Below, in pieces: positions 17,001 to 26,846 of a stretch of 64,000 nucleotides of DNA. How positions within the stretch are numbered: the stretch's first letter is position 1; each line of letters begins with the position of its first letter. Below the pieces are notes generated by a model that saw only the letters and a program-made list of their open reading frames with translations, was not told the origin of the DNA and did not search any database. The translations under genes and the position numbers were made by a program. The DNA is from a virus (taxonomy: Duplodnaviria; Caudoviricetes): positions 715 to 64,714 of the IMG/VR virus record IMGVR_UViG_3300005842_000004; one strand, given 5' to 3'.

Positions 17001-20000
17001 TCCCCCGCTACTGCCTCCCGCCGCGCTTGTCGATCCGCTCCCGGCCCACGCCGACCATGCTGCCGAGCTCGCGGTAGACGTCACCGCTCCCGTGTAATCG
17101 GCACCTTCTGCGTTTGCTCCTCCTCCACCGCCGAGTACCGCCGACCCCGCCTTTGCCGCCGCTTGAGTCGCAAGCCAACGACTCAGCCATGCGGCCATTG
17201 CTTCAAACTGCTGGGTGAGCCAATCTTGAAGCACCTTTTGCGTCGTGGAAGCGAATGCGTCACGGAATGCGCCGAGGAAATCAGATACCTTGACCTCGCC
17301 GCCCTTCAATATGTTGCCGATCACATTGGACAGGTTCGACGCCAGCGAGTCAGCCAAGTCCTTATAGTTCTTCTCCGCGATGACGATCTCGGCTTGCATC
17401 TGGTGCAAACCATTGACGATCTTTTGCTGCGCTTCCAATGTGTCACGGAGACGGGCGACCTCTTCCGGCGCATCTCCTCGTTCGATCGCGGCCAAGACCT
17501 TCTCGTCGATTACACGTTGTTGAGTCGCCGCAGAGAGTAACCCGTATTGCTTCAATATCCCTGCAACGACCGGACCGTATTCGAGCGCCGCCTGTCTCTC
17601 CGATTGCCAGTCCGTAACACTCGCTCGGATTGATTGGGTTGCCAGCTCGGCAGCGTTGATTTGTAACTGGACTGCCGTCTGCTGCTTTAGATTATTGGTC
17701 AAGTCGAACGATGCCGCCGCCTGATCCTTGGCCGATTGAATCTTCGCCTTGTCTGTCGTGAGTGACGACGCCGCCGCTTCCGCTTGCCTGATAACCCAAT
17801 CCCGCTCAACTTGCAGACTGGCAACATGATTATGATTGATCGCATCGGCAAGTGCGGCCTTGGCCACAGCGGCAGAATGGTCATATGCGATCGATTGCTG
17901 AGTGACGGCGAGCGCATCCTTGTTGATTGATTTGGCGTCAAATGTTGCTGCTGCCTGATTAGCGATCGCATACGTCGTCGCCTCGTATGACGCTTCGAGT
18001 GCGTCCAGCTCTTTCTTCTTCTCCGCTTCATCGTTGGTCTTGCCGGCGTCGTGGAGTTTCTTGATGACATCGATCAGCTTATCTACTTCAGCCGCGTGTA
18101 CCTTTGCCGCTTCGGCCAATGCCTTAGTGACCGCGGCCGATCGCTGTTGGACTTGCTGCTCTTGGTTGTACGCGACCATCCCGCGGCCGAGCGCAACCGT
18201 CAATATGTTTATCGAATCCTCTTCGTCGCCCAATACTCGGAGCTGATTAGCGAGATCTTCGTTTAATTTGCGGACGGTCTTATCCCATTCGGCTTGTGCG
18301 TCGGCGGCTGACTTTGACTTCTTGGCGATGTCGTCGGCGCCACCGGGTTTGGCGGGAGGTTTGGCATCGCTTCCAGACAATGCTTTCGGACCATAGACGA
18401 GATCATTCTGCGCTGATAATATGAGTGCTCCGGCCCGCTCCATCCGCGACTTGAGATCAGCGATCGTCTTATCCGCTTCAGCGTTCATCTCAGCGCGCCA
18501 CTTTTCCATCCCGGCGACCGCTTGAGACCCAGCATCATTCTTGACCCCCGGCACCCACCCCCCACCAAGGAATACCGGTATTCTCGCCCAGACCTTTACC
18601 GCTGCCTCAGCCAAGTCATACCAAGTATTTTTCATCTTCTTGGCATTCTCGACCGACTCCATCGCGGCGTACGTCTGTTCCATCGTATGTTCGTTGTACG
18701 AGATGATCAGACCGTCGATCACAGTGCGGATAACCCGTCCAACCTCTTCGCCCTTCTCCTTGATCAGGGAAAGGAAATTCTCCCACCCTCCTGCTTGTTT
18801 GATCAGCTCATTGGCAAGGTTTTCGAGCGCCGGAATAACCTCTGACGCAATCTCTTCCTTGAACGCGGCATATACAACCTTGGCCCGGTTGACATTGATG
18901 AGCAATGATCCGCCAGTCAGATCGCCAAGCTTGCCCCACTTCTCGGTCAATATGCCAATGACCTCGGCCTGATATTCTCCGAGCTTCCCGCCATCAATAA
19001 GTGATTGGAGGAATTTCTTCTGCTCAGGCTGGAGAACGACGCCAGCTTCCTTCAATTGCATCAGCGCCCGGACATCACCATCCATCACACGGGATAGAGT
19101 TGAGAACGCCTGCTCGATCGATTCTCCGGGCAGCGCCTTGACCATCGCCAACGCGGCCTCGGCAACTTGAGGGAATACGTTATGGCCGATGTGAGTGAAG
19201 CGGGTCTCGATCGCGAGCCCGGCGATGATCGATTCTTTCGACTTGCCGGTGAGGAGAGCGAGAGACTCGGCATAATCGACTAGTTCATGCGCGCTGAATC
19301 CGGCCGCCGCGCCATTAGCAAGGATTGATCGGTTAAGCTGGCCGATTACGACTTGGGTCTGCAATCCTTCCGCTACCACGTCTTTGAGGAATTCAAACGC
19401 TTTCCATGCCACGCCAACCGTTGCTGCCGCTGCCGCAACCGCGAGGATCAGAGGGAGAAATTCGCCCACCGACGCTGCCATCCCTCCGATCACATTGATG
19501 AATCCGCCACCCTCCTCTGCCGACTTGGCCAGCGTTTCGCCCATGTGGGTCAGACGCTCAGTCATCTCAGTGATGATTAGACCGCCCTCACCCGTGACGC
19601 CACCGAGTTTGCCCAAGATTGCGGAAAGGATCGACGTGTTGCCGCCGACTTCGGACATGGCTGACTTTTCGTGTTGCAACTCCTGGGTCAGCTTCTGCCG
19701 CTGGGTAATGAGGGCGGCGATCTGCTTACCAGCATCAGATTCAGCCGACACCCCCGCTCTGACTTGAGCAGTGAGGATTTGCTGAGCACTGGCTGCGTCA
19801 CGGAGACTCTGCTGATACTTCGCCCACGCGGCCGGCCCGCCTTTGAGCGCTTCAAGCTCTTTGTCCAGGGTTGAATTTAGCGCGGTCAGATCAGAAACCA
19901 GGGCTTTGGATTTCCCCGTATCCGCCATCTGATCGGATAGTTTTTTCGCTGCCTCTTGGGTGCGGCGAAGGGCGGTCTCGGCTTTGAGCGCGGATGCTTC

Positions 20001-20108
20001 GACCTTGGAATTAGCAGATTGGGCGGATGTGCCGACTGAAGCGAATGATGCGTTAGCTTCTGGCACACCCGCGGCATTGACCAGGATTTCGACCAGAAAT
20101 TTCGCCAC
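14076..20108 (-). CDS. Tape measure protein
   Basis: 2010 aa Ala-rich helical protein following tail chaperone; C-terminal PHYAEGG..MVGDRGPEAIIP motif. Confidence 0.92.
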   Translation of the reverse strand: MAKFLVEILVNAAGVPEANASFASVGTSAQSANSKVEASALKAETALRRTQEAAKKLSDQMADTGKSKALVSDLTALNSTLDKELEALKGGPAAWAKYQQSLRDAASAQQILTAQVRAGVSAESDAGKQIAALITQRQKLTQELQHEKSAMSEVGGNTSILSAILGKLGGVTGEGGLIITEMTERLTHMGETLAKSAEEGGGFINVIGGMAASVGEFLPLILAVAAAAATVGVAWKAFEFLKDVVAEGLQTQVVIGQLNRSILANGAAAGFSAHELVDYAESLALLTGKSKESIIAGLAIETRFTHIGHNVFPQVAEAALAMVKALPGESIEQAFSTLSRVMDGDVRALMQLKEAGVVLQPEQKKFLQSLIDGGKLGEYQAEVIGILTEKWGKLGDLTGGSLLINVNRAKVVYAAFKEEIASEVIPALENLANELIKQAGGWENFLSLIKEKGEEVGRVIRTVIDGLIISYNEHTMEQTYAAMESVENAKKMKNTWYDLAEAAVKVWARIPVFLGGGWVPGVKNDAGSQAVAGMEKWRAEMNAEADKTIADLKSRMERAGALILSAQNDLVYGPKALSGSDAKPPAKPGGADDIAKKSKSAADAQAEWDKTVRKLNEDLANQLRVLGDEEDSINILTVALGRGMVAYNQEQQVQQRSAAVTKALAEAAKVHAAEVDKLIDVIKKLHDAGKTNDEAEKKKELDALEASYEATTYAIANQAAATFDAKSINKDALAVTQQSIAYDHSAAVAKAALADAINHNHVASLQVERDWVIRQAEAAASSLTTDKAKIQSAKDQAAASFDLTNNLKQQTAVQLQINAAELATQSIRASVTDWQSERQAALEYGPVVAGILKQYGLLSAATQQRVIDEKVLAAIERGDAPEEVARLRDTLEAQQKIVNGLHQMQAEIVIAEKNYKDLADSLASNLSNVIGNILKGGEVKVSDFLGAFRDAFASTTQKVLQDWLTQQFEAMAAWLSRWLATQAAAKAGSAVLGGGGGANAEGADYTGAVTSTASSAAWSAWAGSGSTSAAGGSSGGMGALFSGTGSYGAVGMVGAWVVALAAFGYAVNKLNDHMKSTEQDAIDLNKTLDVSMSAAGGGAHISNLIGQGKQLAYQIKQFFTAYDGIFASLDESIGIKRRGRGNNTEWKVYADGVVTSFGKDMNAALGYALIQAVKHSSSQGLDPLVIAAIKDYAGKSIDEFKAQVDFAQRIATQNLPGISGQLSAASQQYFSDLHQAQAQFADDLTALNDATISIAQKFSDTVQGIKNSALGIDTSTADFLAGLVGLQDRMSKATDQIASQLQADLDKANMALSAMGAGPKTKPGLTSDESDKVKEDWNTQRAALEAEVAKYTDLLKKIPEALSDSQVNMAVFDSLYKYLQGSGKYAAQAAAYAKMKVDIEFEAIRLQLVVLNKWEEFAGMWQDALTAAEGAAVIQARQKPGGGGTSRSDQQASLRSEIGGMRAAQLGDLASQKFSLDQSIADFTKRAKEAKLPADELAAGIALLKKKFEETKQAAADSYAGIGTDFTARLKAMQQFWVEFDKEIQRKGRGSQKDPREGESFKRFGDELQASINAFMGLVDPMLAINTQADAMRQNVLAYGKAMGWTDEQIKKMLDEVQAGIDYQRQNAVNGIIGNLYNYLKDDEAYQKDKQAFDLQMMELNFQLMEAQLKALGAWNDSTEALWTAAHDAAKKTIEAGNVIAAAARIYQPTSGATTEDLLNAMKSAAQAWQQGIQAFTQSTQSLLINPALTGLTPEQQLAAAQANYNSLLARAQGGDVGALNQLDQARQALLALGHTMYQGGQGFADIWNQVMTGSANLLANAQAGEQGAMQMAANAIVAGADANAATIASAIYAGANQVANQIYASFNGLPHYAEGGIALRPHMAMVGDRGPEAIIPILKMPMMPVSTRLSHPMMDGARVLQYRSQGGIGAGAGAGAGAGGMGGSASSSPAHDQAIRSLAHSIDRLTAAQGRADKHLSTIATKSSQMAKSNDALVRTDRIRTMVDRRTRK

Positions 20109-20226
20109 GCTCGGCCACCTCTCAAGGGAAGAGTACCTATGCTATACTCGCCGCCATCCTCCCCCTGAGAGGTCTCCGCACACGTCTTAATGCCTCGCTC
20201 GACACGGGGCACTTTTTATTTCTAGC

Positions 20227-20652
20227 CTACTTGTCTCTATCCTCGGACATGATAGCCGATCTGATCTCTGCCATCGTACCCTCTAACGTAGCGATGAGAA
20301 AGTGACCGGCCTCGATCTCGCCCGGGTCATGATTCCACGAGCACGACGCCCGCAACCATGATTCCCGCTCAGAGTGGAGAGTCGTCCCGTTCATGTCTCG
20401 GCCGAGTCCTGCCCACCCATAATATAAGTCTGATAATGGCCCGGGCCAAGGATAGACCGGATTTGGTCCTCCCTGACTGGTCCATAGTCGATCACGGAGA
20501 AGGTGGAGCGGTATGTCGTCCCAGCCAGAATTTGGCGGTGGTGGCGAGTCTAGCTGTCGGTCGACGATGTCGGCGAGGAGATCGGATGATCCGCGTTGCT
20601 TTCGCCGCCCTCTGACGTATTGATTGAACCAGAGGACGGCTGAGAGTTTTTT
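20227..20652 (-). CDS. Tail assembly chaperone -1 frameshift extension (gpGT-like)
   Basis: Slippery A AAA AAC at 20646-20652; -1 frame open about 140 codons (LSAVLWFNQYVRG...IMSEDRDK) to TAG 20227. Confidence 0.8.
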   Translation of the reverse strand, partial: KKLSAVLWFNQYVRGRRKQRGSSDLLADIVDRQLDSPPPPNSGWDDIPLHLLRDRLWTSQGGPNPVYPWPGPLSDLYYGWAGLGRDMNGTTLHSERESWLRASCSWNHDPGEIEAGHFLIATLEGTMAEIRSAIMSEDRDK

Positions 20653-21605
20653 GCGGCAGCCTCCATGACCTGGTCACGAAAGAGAGAACGGTCGGCGGAG
20701 GTGGCGATGATCCAGAGTTGGTAGGCGCGGCCGAGAGTGAGATTGGCGATGGGGAGATTTTCCATCCAGACGTAGACTCGATGATCATCAGCAGCCAACG
20801 CGAATGGATTCTCGGCGACAGCCGTGAGCGGGTATGCTTCGTTTTTTCCGACCGCCTTGTCTTTGGGCGCCGGCTGATCGTAGATCTGATAGCCGGCCGG
20901 GATCTTGTCCGCCAACCCGAATTGCATCTGCTCGCTCATCCAACACGGGTTTGACTTGAGCAGAGCAGACACACCATCAATCGTACTATCGAGCGGGGTG
21001 TCATTGGTCAGCAAGGCGAGTGCCGAATCCCGGACGAATGGGATAGACACCTCTTCCACCTGTCCGTCGCGCTCATCGAGTCCTGGCATATCCGCCCACG
21101 ACCGCAACAGGAATGCCGACTCCGCGAGCTGGTCATCCTCCTGCTTCCGGAACACATCCGATGTCCTGATCTTGCCCGATGCCAGGAGCGCCGACACCAC
21201 ACTCTGCTGCGTGTTGGATTCAACCGATGCCAAGCTGAGCCGGTCGATGATCGGGATGAGGTATTTGGCGGTGTCATCCTTGTCTTGATTGGCACGGTAT
21301 CGGTCGACCGTCTCCGTCTCATCTTTGGTCAACGGTGCGGCGGCCGACCCGTTACCTGCCATCATGGCCGAGGCAGCGGCAATGGCCATGGGATCGTTGT
21401 CGGCACGCTCACGGGACCAATCGCGATGAGCATTACACCCCGCCCGCATGATGGTGAATGACGCTCCGGCGCCGAAGGGGTCAGGGATGGTGACGGTATC
21501 CCGAAACGCTCCGAATCGACTTGCGATGACGAAACGGGGCGGGGCCGGCGGGACAGACGACGGGGATGATTGAGAGGATGCGAGTTTCATGCTGCCGGTT
21601 TTCAT
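20550..21605 (-). CDS. Tail assembly chaperone (gpG-like)
   Basis: Between tail tube and tape measure; ends AAKN plus Ser-rich tail after slippery site. Confidence 0.75.
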   Translation of the reverse strand: MKTGSMKLASSQSSPSSVPPAPPRFVIASRFGAFRDTVTIPDPFGAGASFTIMRAGCNAHRDWSRERADNDPMAIAAASAMMAGNGSAAAPLTKDETETVDRYRANQDKDDTAKYLIPIIDRLSLASVESNTQQSVVSALLASGKIRTSDVFRKQEDDQLAESAFLLRSWADMPGLDERDGQVEEVSIPFVRDSALALLTNDTPLDSTIDGVSALLKSNPCWMSEQMQFGLADKIPAGYQIYDQPAPKDKAVGKNEAYPLTAVAENPFALAADDHRVYVWMENLPIANLTLGRAYQLWIIATSADRSLFRDQVMEAAAKNSQPSSGSINTSEGGESNADHPISSPTSSTDS

Positions 21606-21640
21606 GTGAGAGATCTCCGATAAGAATGGAATGGATCAAA

Positions 21641-22066
21641 TTACGACGTGGCGAACACCGGGAGCGCCGGGCCGGCGTTGATGAAGGTGACGTCCTTCTC
21701 CAGGTGGGCGCCGACCTGTCCGCCGGACTTGAGGGTGCCGAATGTCCCCGTCATGGTCAGCACCTCGTTTGTCGTCGCCGGGGTAGACCCATTGATTGCG
21801 GCCTTGACTTCGAACGTCGTGCCGAATAGACCTTTGAGTGTCTGGTGTGGAGCGGACGCGGCGAAGTCATCCGAGAACTTGACCACGACGCTGACCTTCT
21901 GAATCCCGACGAGATTGCGCTCGAATCCGACCGTAGCACCTGGGACGCTGGTCGAGAACGCTTGCATCGTGGCGTCCCGCTGAATTTCCAAGCTTTCGAC
22001 CCAGAGGGAGAGATCGGTCGTACCGCCGACCTTGAGGTAATATCCGAATCCGACCTGCTCTGCCAT
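21641..22066 (-). CDS. Major tail tube protein
   Basis: 141 aa beta-rich, strong SD AAGGAG, canonical position. Confidence 0.75.
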   Translation of the reverse strand: MAEQVGFGYYLKVGGTTDLSLWVESLEIQRDATMQAFSTSVPGATVGFERNLVGIQKVSVVVKFSDDFAASAPHQTLKGLFGTTFEVKAAINGSTPATTNEVLTMTGTFGTLKSGGQVGAHLEKDVTFINAGPALPVFATS

Positions 22067-22111
22067 GACAAGGGCTCCTTTTTACTTGAGCGATTATGCT
22101 CGATTGTGTGC

Positions 22112-22858
22112 CTATCTGACGCCCTCGCACATGCGGACCAGAAACGAGGGACTACCGGTACCGCCGATCGTCCAGCTAAATCGGCCATTCAAATCAGAGA
22201 CGAGGCCAGTCTTCACGGCTCGCTCTTTAAGATAGGTGGTGTTGAACTGAGTGAAGGTGTGGCGAGTGACAGCGTCGGAATAGTCGCCAATCGCTGAGGT
22301 TTCATAGATCACGGTCAGGGTCGGCGTCGTTCCGGACAGTGCGACGATATGGACGTGGAGATATCGGGCCTTCCCGCTCGTCACCGCCAGAGTCGATCGG
22401 GACGTGCCGGCCAGAGTGGATGTCTTGGCGCCGAATTCGTACAGCTTGCCCGGGGTTACTACACCATCGCTGACGATGTTCGCTGTGCACGGGATGACCT
22501 TGCCAACCGGAACCCCGCCATACTTGAACATGCCGGACTTGCCGACGAACATGGTCACGTCAGAGCCGAGCGCCCGGCCTTCACCTTTCGTCACAATGGG
22601 GGATGGTCCGCCGAATGCCGCAGTCAACCCGACAAAGTTGGTGAGCATGTCGAGGAGGCCAGCGTAGGCGATCTTGGCCGACTCAAGTCCGACCAGATTC
22701 CGCTCAAATGGCAGAGACCCGGACGTGTCGGTCGGGAGAGGGAAGGTGGTGATGGGTTCGAGGGCGACGTCTCGTTCAAACCCGAAATTGGTAGCCGAGC
22801 CTGAGATGTCATATCCGTCGATGGCCAGGAATTCGTCATATGCGATCTGCTCAGCCAC
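22112..22858 (-). CDS. Tail tube paralogue with C-terminal extra domain
   Basis: Shares AEQ..L..G..D.S..RD..FERNLVG with the next gene; GTG start 22858. Confidence 0.65.
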   Translation of the reverse strand: MAEQIAYDEFLAIDGYDISGSATNFGFERDVALEPITTFPLPTDTSGSLPFERNLVGLESAKIAYAGLLDMLTNFVGLTAAFGGPSPIVTKGEGRALGSDVTMFVGKSGMFKYGGVPVGKVIPCTANIVSDGVVTPGKLYEFGAKTSTLAGTSRSTLAVTSGKARYLHVHIVALSGTTPTLTVIYETSAIGDYSDAVTRHTFTQFNTTYLKERAVKTGLVSDLNGRFSWTIGGTGSPSFLVRMCEGVR

Positions 22859-23219
22859 GAGACACCGCCTTGCTGCTACGGACGCCACCGGTGCCGATTT
22901 TCACGTCGACTCCCGGGCCATTGGTTTCGAGGTCGGTCACGATCGGAGGCGTCGGAAGCTCAGATCGGATGGGCATCTTCGGCAGCTCGGTATGTGTCGG
23001 GCGGGTAGCCGGCTCCGCTACCGGCCGGATGTGGCCAGATTTCCGCATGTGCTCAGCTCTCTCCGGATCGACACGGACAGTATCGCCAGCCTCGTGTCCG
23101 CACCACTCCTTTGCAAGAGTATATGATTCGAACCCGTCATCCGGAGCCGGCGGCATCTCGGCATAGGCCACAGGTGGGTGATCCGGCGCCGACCCTGTCT
23201 CTTCTATTACGTCTTCCAT
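22851..23219 (-). CDS. Hypothetical protein
   Basis: Tightly packed in neck/tail operon. Confidence 0.6.
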   Translation of the reverse strand: MEDVIEETGSAPDHPPVAYAEMPPAPDDGFESYTLAKEWCGHEAGDTVRVDPERAEHMRKSGHIRPVAEPATRPTHTELPKMPIRSELPTPPIVTDLETNGPGVDVKIGTGGVRSSKAVSRG

Positions 23220-23223
23220 CTGA

Positions 23224-23697
23224 TCACCTCGCAGTGTAGTCGATCATCCAAAGTATATACCGAGCCGGCGGGTCAGGGTCGGTCGTCGGGGCTGGACGTT
23301 CGAATCGCCGATTCTGCCACGATTCAAAGATCAGCTCACCCGGGAAAGCCGTCTCGACGAATGACCGTATGTCCGCTGCCAGCGTGTGCCATTCGCCGCT
23401 CGCTTGGGTCCGGTTGAATTCAATCCACACTGCTTGCCCAAACCATGCTTTATTCGTCTCGCCCGGGTCGCAGAGGTCGGGTTCCGGTGCTCCATACCAG
23501 ACCTTGCCGGCGGATGTGCGGGTGAGCGTGTCGCACTGGGCGTCAAGTATGTCCAGATAGCCACGAGTAGTGCCATTTGTACTGTCCCCGTCACCGTAGA
23601 TGAGGAGGGTGCCGGCGTCGATCTGGACCCAGAATTCCAGGTAGATGTGCGCGTGGACGATGCGGGTGCGTCCGACCGATTTGACCTCGACGCTCAC
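23224..23697 (-). CDS. Putative tail terminator/completion protein
   Basis: Size and position upstream of tail tube. Confidence 0.5.
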   Translation of the reverse strand: MSVEVKSVGRTRIVHAHIYLEFWVQIDAGTLLIYGDGDSTNGTTRGYLDILDAQCDTLTRTSAGKVWYGAPEPDLCDPGETNKAWFGQAVWIEFNRTQASGEWHTLAADIRSFVETAFPGELIFESWQNRRFERPAPTTDPDPPARYILWMIDYTAR

Positions 23698-23699
23698 GG

Positions 23700-23873
23700 C
23701 TATTCTTCTTTAGCTTGGGCGAGCGCGTGAATGATTGTCGATTTATCGATCAGCAGGCAGCACTTGCCATCACCGGCAGACTGCAAAATCTCTTCGGCCT
23801 CTTCAATCTCCAAGTAGATAACGACACGCCGTGGGCCGTTTCGGCCATACTTGTTCTCACCTTCGACATACAT
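23700..23873 (-). CDS. Small hypothetical protein
   Basis: ATG immediately after upstream TGA, SD AAGGA. Confidence 0.45.
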   Translation of the reverse strand: MYVEGENKYGRNGPRRVVIYLEIEEAEEILQSAGDGKCCLLIDKSTIIHALAQAKEE

Positions 23874-23874
23874 C

Positions 23875-24276
23875 TCAGAATTCCTTTCCCGCGTTCGACA
23901 CCGTTTCATCCCACACCCCTCTAAGCCCTTCAATCGCTGGTCGCGTAAACCCCTCCGGTCTATCCGGCGACCCGAGCATACGAGAGAATGGCTTACTCTT
24001 CGCGCCGGACTTGGTAATCCTTGTCATCGTCTTGGACATGATGCGGCCAGGGTCGATGCCGATCGCTCTCTGTGCTGTCCAAGCAAATCGTATCCCACCG
24101 TTGACCGTCTGCCGAGTACGGGATGAGCGGAGAGTACCAGTCGATGTCGGCTCTTGGATCAATGAATCGAGCTTGTCCGCCGCAGAAGTGACGACATCAG
24201 CAGCGAGCTTCTCGACCTTCTCTTTCATCTCGGCAGGAAAGCGGTCGGCAAACTCGCTGAAACGGAGCGCGGTCAT
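23875..24276 (-). CDS. Neck protein, HK97 gp10-like
   Basis: PTSTGTLRSS motif (P.DTG.LR.S) and C-terminal GFTRPAIE. Confidence 0.65.
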   Translation of the reverse strand: MTALRFSEFADRFPAEMKEKVEKLAADVVTSAADKLDSLIQEPTSTGTLRSSRTRQTVNGGIRFAWTAQRAIGIDPGRIMSKTMTRITKSGAKSKPFSRMLGSPDRPEGFTRPAIEGLRGVWDETVSNAGKEF

Positions 24277-24289
24277 GTCGTCACCTTGC

Positions 24290-25408
24290 TCATGCCGTCG
24301 CCGCCTTTGCCCCGTCAATATGACAACGGTAATATGCGTCGGTGTCGTCGCCAGAAATAGGCTGAACTCGGATGATTGGCACGCCATCAAGCGTATCATT
24401 CAAACGTGGAGCAGGCTTGGTCGGATCGAACGGTAATAATCGGACCAACTGCCCACCATCAACCGCCTTCTGATCAACGTCCGACACTTGGCGAGTGAGT
24501 ATTGGATATGGCGTGTCGGTGTATGAACGGGTAAATGTTACCGCCGCTCCCGTCGCCGCACCAAGTGCCAGCGCGGGAACAAACGTAATAGGCAGCGTGC
24601 CGGATACCTGTGCTTCGATGGAATCCGACGCCAGCATATACATTCCAGGTATCCCGGCGATCGTAAACACTGAGCCTTTAATTGCATGTCCAGTCAAACG
24701 AGGACCGCTAGCCGACTTGATTGATAATGTCGTCGCACTCGATAGCACATTCGAGGACAGTACTAGATTTTGTGTGCTGATGTTGTTGGCTCGGCGTAAG
24801 ACTGTAACTTTCCCACCTGCCCGCTTTCGGATCACTCCTGCCGCCCATCTGCCCCGGCGACCAGAAAACAGAGAACCAGAAACGTCCGGAATGGTGCTCA
24901 ATGTAACTGGCAATCCCGCCGTCCACGATCGCATCGACACCACACCCAGATACTCCCACACCAGCACCCACACCGCGCCATCTGATTCAATCGGCCAGCC
25001 GGAAATACGGTAATCTCCCGGACCATATGTCGAACCGATCTCGACACATGCAAGGGTGATATCCGAACGCTCAATAGATGATTTATAGATTCGCAAAGAT
25101 AGACTAGATGTCGTCAGGCCGCTTATTCGTATCGGGATGATGACGAATGCCGGAGTGCCTGAATACCCGTATTCGAACGCTGCCGATTGTCCGTCGATCT
25201 CACGCGTGATGCCACAATATGACGACAATGGTGACGGGAGAGATAGTGCGTCCGGGCTCGGTCCGGCGATGATGTAATCGTCCGCCACTTCAGTCAGTGT
25301 GACGCTTGATACCTCTCCCGCCGACACCCCGCTGGCACGGTAGAACCTCGGGCTTATATCCCCGATAGTAAGGCCGGACCGCGGCAAGGTGTCGACAAAG
25401 GAAGGCAT
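24290..25408 (-). CDS. Virion structural protein (head closure position)
   Basis: 372 aa ORF between connector and neck genes; positional. Confidence 0.55.
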   Translation of the reverse strand: MPSFVDTLPRSGLTIGDISPRFYRASGVSAGEVSSVTLTEVADDYIIAGPSPDALSLPSPLSSYCGITREIDGQSAAFEYGYSGTPAFVIIPIRISGLTTSSLSLRIYKSSIERSDITLACVEIGSTYGPGDYRISGWPIESDGAVWVLVWEYLGVVSMRSWTAGLPVTLSTIPDVSGSLFSGRRGRWAAGVIRKRAGGKVTVLRRANNISTQNLVLSSNVLSSATTLSIKSASGPRLTGHAIKGSVFTIAGIPGMYMLASDSIEAQVSGTLPITFVPALALGAATGAAVTFTRSYTDTPYPILTRQVSDVDQKAVDGGQLVRLLPFDPTKPAPRLNDTLDGVPIIRVQPISGDDTDAYYRCHIDGAKAATA

Positions 25409-25419
25409 ATTCGGTCGAC

Positions 25420-25659
25420 TTACTCGACGACGATCAGTCCGTCTTCATCTGCCAGGAAGATGGCACGCGCCGCCTCATCCAGTCCATGGCGGACGATCTT
25501 CAGCTTACCGCCGGATGCCGGGTCGGCGACGATGGAGGCGAAGTTGATACGAAGGCCGGTGTCGGTGGTGTCGACGAGAGCGCAGTCGCCGGACGACGGC
25601 TCGGCACCAATTCCCGGCGAAAGGGCGATGGATGGAATAGAGACGAGGACTTCGGACAT
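25420..25659 (-). CDS. Hypothetical protein
   Basis: SD GAGGAG; in operon. Confidence 0.6.
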   Translation of the reverse strand: MSEVLVSIPSIALSPGIGAEPSSGDCALVDTTDTGLRINFASIVADPASGGKLKIVRHGLDEAARAIFLADEDGLIVVE

Positions 25660-25682
25660 TGGGATGATTTCTCCTCTTAGTA

Positions 25683-26846
25683 TTAATCACATACCCCGGT
25701 TAGCGGAGCGGGTGTCCAACTTGATCCATTGCACGAGCAGAATGATCCGTCTGTCGCACAGTATGTAGTACCTTTGGCTGCGGAATTGCAAGTCAGACCC
25801 AGCGAACCGCAGAGGTATTGGAATTTGGTCGCACGGATTGCTCCTGCGCCATTGCCATATGTCCCGGTGTCGACAGACAGGACGCCGAGAGTACCGGGCT
25901 GAGTCAAGCCGAGAGTGTGGGCGGCTTCGGCATTATCGGGTGCGTTTGACCAAGCGACTGTGCTATCCGAGCTGAGCTGAATACCGTTAATGTCAAGCGC
26001 CATTTGTTCGGTCGAAGTGTCCGGCCCGCCCTGGTAGACATAGATTCCGCGGAGTCTGATCTGCCGGAATATTGAGCGGTCCGGTGCTTGGAAATTAATC
26101 AGCGGTCCGGCAGTCCTGACCATCGCAATGTCAGACCAGCCATAACTATTCGTCCCAGAGAGGATGACACTTCCACTTGAGTCGATCTGTGCGCCACTAT
26201 CCCGCAGGGTGGAGCCGTCTGTTCCATTGAACGTGGGGATGTCGCGATCGGTCGATGTGCCGGGCCCGGACACGCCGCCACCACTTGACCCGGGGATGGT
26301 GCAATCGATACGGGATGCGCCGGAATTGTCAGCGCACGTGACACCAGCACCAATCATGTTCAAGGTGGAGCGGTCGGCAAGGGTGGAGCCTTCATCCGCA
26401 ATATGGCGAGGGAGACCGTCGATACCGGGAGTGCCTTGGACACCTTGAACGCCTTGGATACCTTGGATACCTTGGGAGCCCTGCGGACCGGTCGAACCAG
26501 TCGCACCGGTCAACCCTTGAATCCCCTGTGGTCCAGTCGGTCCGGCTGGTCCTTGTGGTCCTTGTGGCCCAGTCGGCCCTTGCGCCCCCGCACTAATCAA
26601 ATCGACCCACGCGCTCCCCGTCCACAGTGCAATCGTCTGCACACCAGAACCATACACGCTCCTGATCTCTCCGACATATAGTCCGGCCGGGAGCGCACCA
26701 ATACTCGTCGCCGTCTCTCGCCAACCTTTCCAACCAAACGCGCCAGGACGGATCGTCTGAGATGACGGTTGAGCAGAGACAGAGCGCGGAGACAATACGA
26801 CAACAGACACAAGCAAAAGACCGAATGTGATGGATTTAATTCTCAT
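25683..26846 (-). CDS. Collagen-repeat protein with predicted signal peptide
   Basis: About 20 Gly-X-Y triplets ([13 protein letters not shown]...); N-terminus [25 protein letters not shown]. Confidence 0.8.
   Translation of the reverse strand: MRIKSITFGLLLVSVVVLSPRSVSAQPSSQTIRPGAFGWKGWRETATSIGALPAGLYVGEIRSVYGSGVQTIALWTGSAWVDLISAGAQGPTGPQGPQGPAGPTGPQGIQGLTGATGSTGPQGSQGIQGIQGVQGVQGTPGIDGLPRHIADEGSTLADRSTLNMIGAGVTCADNSGASRIDCTIPGSSGGGVSGPGTSTDRDIPTFNGTDGSTLRDSGAQIDSSGSVILSGTNSYGWSDIAMVRTAGPLINFQAPDRSIFRQIRLRGIYVYQGGPDTSTEQMALDINGIQLSSDSTVAWSNAPDNAEAAHTLGLTQPGTLGVLSVDTGTYGNGAGAIRATKFQYLCGSLGLTCNSAAKGTTYCATDGSFCSCNGSSWTPAPLTGVCD

Noticed and set aside
20492-20788. 98-aa ORF as the chaperone frameshift partner
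   Set aside because: It is the +1 frame; the slippery heptamer predicts the longer -1 frame ending at 20227
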